64,000 nt of DNA from Roseibacillus sp. (GTDB taxonomy: Bacteria; Verrucomicrobiota; Verrucomicrobiia; Verrucomicrobiales; Akkermansiaceae), in assembly GCA_051251855.1 (NCBI GenBank), contig JBPOGI010000003.1:320001-384000 (forward strand), written 5' to 3'. Numbering within the stretch: position 1 is the first letter of the stretch; each line of letters begins with the position of its first letter. The position numbers were made by a program, and so were the translations under genes. Under the pieces are notes generated by a model. That model ran no database searches. It saw only the letters and a program-made list of their open reading frames with translations, and was not told the DNA's origin. This document shows positions 59,858-64,000 of the stretch, in pieces.

Positions 59858-62350
59858 TTACTCGGGAACGACGCGGGCTTTAGGCGGAGGTTGGAAGAGG
59901 GGGGCTTTTTTCTCCTTTTTGGGGCGCGTGAAGGGGGTGTTTTCCCACTTGGGTTCAGCAACGGGTCCGGTGCCACGGAATTGGAAGAGGCCAGAGAATC
60001 CACTGAGATTGAGGGGGAGGGTGACGAGCTTGAGGATGCCTTCGGTGTCGGCACGGGCGGTCATATCGAGAGTTTTACGGGCGAGGTCGATGGAGCCTTC
60101 GGCTTTGACGGTGAGGGAATCGGTGGAGGTGATGAAGTCATCGGTGTAGAGAATGCCATTTTGAATGAGGAATTGGGCTGAGGCATCGCGAGCGGTCTCG
60201 TGCGAGGCGCGCTCGTGGCCTTGAATGCCGGCAATGAGGGGAGAGAGAGGACCGAAGACGGGAGCTTTGAAAAGTTCCCCTTGTTCGAGGCCAAAGTTGC
60301 CGGTGCCATCGAGAGTTTCAATTTTTCCAGCGGTTCCTGTGAAGTCGAGACGTCCAGTGACGAGGCCTTTTTCGATTTTATCGAAGCCGTAGTTTTCTCC
60401 GATCTTTGCGAGCCGAAGGCGGGTCCATCGCATTCCTCCTCGGAAGTCCGGGGGGAGGCCTTCGCGATTGGGTAAGAGGACAGAGAGTTCTCCATCGATA
60501 GGGCCAGAGAAGGCGTAGGAGGAGAGTTCGGTGACATCGATTTGACGATGATGGGTGTGAATGAGGGCCGAAGTCTCGCGGAATTCAACGGGCTTTCCAA
60601 GGAAGGTATAATAGAGAGGAGCAGGAGTGCTGATGCGGGTGTGGAAGGAAGTGCGGTCGCGGGCGGGACTGTGGTCGATGACTCCGGATGAGGAAAAGGC
60701 GGGGGCCTCGGAGGCGCGATAGGTGCGCTCCAGATAGCTGGCGACTTTGGGGATGAAGAGGCGAAGAACGGGTGCGGGCCAACAGACTCCGTGTAGGTGG
60801 TTCACTCGGGTGAGCTTTTCGGTATGATCGTAGCTGATGAGGTCGGCGCGAACGACCGCGCTTTCAGAACCACCGAATGCACGGAAGGAACGGTCGTTGG
60901 TGAGATCGAATTCGATCTCCGGCTTGGTGTAGATGGCTTGCAGGGGGGTGAGGTTAAAGCGAGCCGAGGCATAGTTGGCGGGGACTTCGTTGTAGGAAAA
61001 ATTTTCGAGCTCGATGTTTCCCGATGCGGTCCAGTCGGTGAGGTCGCTGGGTCGAATGCTGCCGACGAGGTTGAGAGTGACTTTGGAGTCGTCGCTGAAT
61101 TTAGCTCGGTCCAAGGTCTTGCGAATATTTCCATCGGGTTTGATGAAGGGATCGAAGAGTTGGGGGGGGAGGGTGGAGTGCGCTTGGTAGCGGATATTTT
61201 CGTTTTGGAAGAGGAGCTTACCGCTCAGAGTGCCTTCGGGGTGGGTGAGGAGGAGGTCTCGCAGGTAAAGGTTCCCCTCCTGCCAGGAGAAGTCCGAAGA
61301 GAGTGAGGACCAAGAGCCCTCGAGGAGGCGGAAGTCGCGCACGTCAAGATGACCGGTGAGGTTGAGCTCCGGTTTTTGGTCTTCAGGGAAGCGGAGTTTG
61401 CCTTGAGTGGTGATTTTTGGACTACTGGTGAAGCTGAGCATCTGCAGTTTATCAACATCAAGGCCGAGACGAAGGAGGCGCTCTAGGTTTGTATCAGAAG
61501 TAGCTTCGAAATTAGCGGTTCGACGATAGAAGTCGTAGTAACCATTTCCCGCGAATGCCCCTTCCTTATCTTGAAAGCTCATTTCCTCGAAAAGAAGTGA
61601 GGACTGATTGATGCGTCCGGTGAGAAGAAGGTTTTCCATCTCGTATTGCAGGCGAGTCACTTGGGGAGCCTGGAACTGAAATTGAGCGCTGAGAGTCCGT
61701 GCTCTTGCTAAACTTCCTTCTAATTGGAGAGAAAGCTTGGGAAGGAGAGTTTCAGAAGTGGACCATTTGCTCACCTCGTGATGGAGAAGGGCCAGAAAGT
61801 CTTCTAGAGGTTTGTTCCTATCCTTCTCGCCCTCATCGGACTCCGGGAGAGCGAAATCGTTGAGGACGGCATTCAGCACAAGATCCAATTGACCAAGGCG
61901 CCCAGTAGTCTCGGAGATCGTGAGGCAATTTTCGCGGCAAACGGTGGCCTTTCCAGTGAGGCCCGTGAGGTGATGGGGCGCGCAAATCTCGGGGAGACGG
62001 ACGAAAGCATTCTCAAAGCTGGCGGACCTGACATGCCATTGGCCACGAAGGGCGATGGAGCGGTCGATATCAAGGTAAAGACGGTCAGACGAAGCGAGGA
62101 GAGTGGTGCGGTCTTCGTCGGCAAAGATTTGGAGGTCTTTGGCGACGAGTCCTCGTGAGAAAGAAAGGCGAACTGAGGAGAACTCGGCGTGAAGTCCGTA
62201 GTAATCGAGCTGTTCTTGGAGCTGTTCGCCCCATTCTCCAGAGAAGCCGCGCTGGTTGACTTTCCACAAGATGGTTCCGCCGATCACAAGGGTCAGCAAA
62301 GCCAACCCGACGAAGCAGGATTGGCAATGACGGAACCACGGGCAGCGCAT
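59858..62350 (-). CDS. AsmA-like C-terminal domain protein
   Basis: N-terminal TM helix, beta-rich body, C-terminal F.IQNGILYTDDF...GSIDL...GPVAEPKW. Confidence 0.75.
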   Translation of the reverse strand: MRCPWFRHCQSCFVGLALLTLVIGGTILWKVNQRGFSGEWGEQLQEQLDYYGLHAEFSSVRLSFSRGLVAKDLQIFADEDRTTLLASSDRLYLDIDRSIALRGQWHVRSASFENAFVRLPEICAPHHLTGLTGKATVCRENCLTISETTGRLGQLDLVLNAVLNDFALPESDEGEKDRNKPLEDFLALLHHEVSKWSTSETLLPKLSLQLEGSLARARTLSAQFQFQAPQVTRLQYEMENLLLTGRINQSSLLFEEMSFQDKEGAFAGNGYYDFYRRTANFEATSDTNLERLLRLGLDVDKLQMLSFTSSPKITTQGKLRFPEDQKPELNLTGHLDVRDFRLLEGSWSSLSSDFSWQEGNLYLRDLLLTHPEGTLSGKLLFQNENIRYQAHSTLPPQLFDPFIKPDGNIRKTLDRAKFSDDSKVTLNLVGSIRPSDLTDWTASGNIELENFSYNEVPANYASARFNLTPLQAIYTKPEIEFDLTNDRSFRAFGGSESAVVRADLISYDHTEKLTRVNHLHGVCWPAPVLRLFIPKVASYLERTYRASEAPAFSSSGVIDHSPARDRTSFHTRISTPAPLYYTFLGKPVEFRETSALIHTHHRQIDVTELSSYAFSGPIDGELSVLLPNREGLPPDFRGGMRWTRLRLAKIGENYGFDKIEKGLVTGRLDFTGTAGKIETLDGTGNFGLEQGELFKAPVFGPLSPLIAGIQGHERASHETARDASAQFLIQNGILYTDDFITSTDSLTVKAEGSIDLARKTLDMTARADTEGILKLVTLPLNLSGFSGLFQFRGTGPVAEPKWENTPFTRPKKEKKAPLFQPPPKARVVPE

Positions 62351-62401
62351 GGCGATAAGATACCACGCTGTGAGACTCTTGCAAAGAAGGCAGGAAGCCT
62401 G

Positions 62402-63889
62402 CTAAGCGAGGAGGTCTTTGATGACTTTGGCCTTCTTGACGCCGGTGAGACGTTGTTCGAGGCCGTTGGCGTTGATAGAGAGCTTTTGGTGGTCGAATCC
62501 GAGTTGGTTGAGAAGGGTGGCGTGGAAGTCGCGGACGTGGACTTCTTGGCCGGGGAGAGGTTTGTAACCGAAGGGGTCTGTCTCGCCGTAGCTGATGCCG
62601 GGTTTGACGCCGCCGCCAGCCATCCAGATGGTGAAGGAGTTGGGATTGTGGTCGCGTCCAGTGAACGCCATTTTGTTACCGCCTCGGTTTTCTTGCATGG
62701 GAGTGCGGCCGAATTCTCCGCCCCAGATGACGAGGGTGTCTTCCAGCATGCCGCGTTGTTTGAGGTCGGTGAGGAGAGCGGAGACGGGTTGGTCCATGGC
62801 TTTGCATTTGTTTTGAAAGCCGTGGTTGAGGGCTTCGCTTTTGCTGGAGCCATGGGAGTCCCAGCCCCAGTCGTAGAGTTGCACGAAGCGGACTCCGGAT
62901 TCCGAGAGACGGCGGGCGAGGAGGCAGTTGTTGGCGAAAGATTCTTTGCCAGGTTGTGTGCCATACATCTCGTGGATATGAGCAGGCTCGTTGGCGATAT
63001 CCATCACGCCGGGGACGGAGGTTTGCATGCGATAGGCCATTTCATACTGCGCGATGCGGGTGAGAGTCTCGGGGTCGGCGATGTCTTGGTAAGACTTGCG
63101 ATTGAGATCGTTGATGGCGGCGATGGCTTGGCCACGAAGCTGGTGGTCCACGCCGCGTGGGTTGGTGGTGTTGAGGATGGGTTCGCCGACAGAGCGGCAT
63201 TGCACCCCTTGATAAACGGAGGGGAGATGGCCTGCAGACCAGAGGGCGTTGCCCGCGCGCGGTCGACGGCCGCCTGATAACAAGACCATGAATCCAGGAA
63301 GGTTTTCGTTCTCGGTGCCGAGTCCCCAGGTGGTCCAGGAGCCGAGGGAGCCATGGCCCAGAGCGGCATGGCCGGTTTGCACCATGAGTTGGGCGGGCCC
63401 GTGATTGAATTGGTCGGTTTTTAGAGTGTGGACAAAGCAGAGGTCGTCGACGTGCTTGCTGAGATGAGGGAGTTGATCGGAAACGTAGGCTCCAGATTGG
63501 CCGTGTTGTTGAAACTGGAACTGGGGTCCCAGCATTTGAGGAGTTCCTTGGATGAAGGCGAAGCGCTCGCCTTCGAGGAAGGAGGCGGGGCAATCTTTGC
63601 CGTCGTATTTGGCGAGTTCGGGTTTGTAGTTGAAGAGGTCGAGGGTGGAAGGGGCTCCGACCATGTGGAGAAAAATCACGCGCTTGGCCTTGGGAGCGTA
63701 TTGCGCAGAAATGGCGTCGAGAGGGTTGGTGGCGCTATGGATGATCTCGTGGGGGCGACCGAGAGCGCGGCCTTGGGTGGCAAGCCAGAGTCCGCCGAGT
63801 CCGGTCATGCCGTCACGCAAGAAGTGACGGCGCGTCTGGTGTTGGAGTTGCTGGCGTTTTTGCTCGCGCAGGAGAGTGTTGAGATTCAT
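62402..63889 (-). CDS. DUF1501 domain protein
   Basis: TRRHFL, AKRVIFL...GAPS..D.F.YKP, CLLARRL..GVRFVQ, WDSH, EFGRTP, GRDH and VRDFHAT motifs. Confidence 0.92.
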   Translation of the reverse strand: MNLNTLLREQKRQQLQHQTRRHFLRDGMTGLGGLWLATQGRALGRPHEIIHSATNPLDAISAQYAPKAKRVIFLHMVGAPSTLDLFNYKPELAKYDGKDCPASFLEGERFAFIQGTPQMLGPQFQFQQHGQSGAYVSDQLPHLSKHVDDLCFVHTLKTDQFNHGPAQLMVQTGHAALGHGSLGSWTTWGLGTENENLPGFMVLLSGGRRPRAGNALWSAGHLPSVYQGVQCRSVGEPILNTTNPRGVDHQLRGQAIAAINDLNRKSYQDIADPETLTRIAQYEMAYRMQTSVPGVMDIANEPAHIHEMYGTQPGKESFANNCLLARRLSESGVRFVQLYDWGWDSHGSSKSEALNHGFQNKCKAMDQPVSALLTDLKQRGMLEDTLVIWGGEFGRTPMQENRGGNKMAFTGRDHNPNSFTIWMAGGGVKPGISYGETDPFGYKPLPGQEVHVRDFHATLLNQLGFDHQKLSINANGLEQRLTGVKKAKVIKDLLA

Positions 63890-63901
63890 AGGGCGAGAGA
63901 G

Positions 63902-64000
63902 TTAGCGGGTGAGGAATTCGTCGAGGTTGAGAATGACGGAGCAGAGCATCGCTTGCGCGGCGGCCTCGGGAGTGGCGGAGAGGTCCTTGGCTAGTTGAGG
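63902..64000 (-). CDS. 3' end of a DUF1553/PSD1-type protein (partial)
   Basis: Reads ...AQAMLCSVILNLDEFLTR*, the typical DUF1553 terminus, upstream of DUF1501. Confidence 0.75.
   Translation of the reverse strand, partial: PQLAKDLSATPEAAAQAMLCSVILNLDEFLTR

Overview
This is GC-rich bacterial chromosome, most likely Verrucomicrobiota (Verrucomicrobiales-like). The assignment is inferred from four PEP-CTERM-type proteins, a DUF1501/DUF1553 pair, a double-length UvrA and an ASPIC/UnbV protein. Most of the window is housekeeping and accessory genes: accC/accB, pckG, argD, aqpZ, katG, uvrA, queA, Hsp15, a large GH13 enzyme, an orphan Dam-family methylase and a Ser/Thr kinase. I saw no rRNA, tRNA, CRISPR array or transposase. 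The best candidate for an undescribed system is a tightly coupled minus-strand operon at 10182-13508. It encodes a tetraether-synthase (Tes/GDGT-MAS, COG1964)-like radical SAM enzyme, a divergent Lgt-like transferase and three small 3-TM proteins. The last helix of each small protein ends in a lipobox-like x-G-C motif, which suggests a dedicated protein or peptide lipidation and lipid cross-linking pathway. Other signals read from the sequence: a local AraC regulon with three 21-bp tandem operators around a Tm-1-like/PEP-hydrolase operon; a recurring TGCA-N6-TGCA operator; an OxyR-type box before katG; a ~204-bp MITE; GTAG-type REP doublets with covarying stems; in-frame AT-rich heptamer arrays inside uvrA; and a split exosortase-Q-like gene next to its VIT-vWA PEP-CTERM target. 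All family assignments come from motif recognition by eye; no database searches were run.
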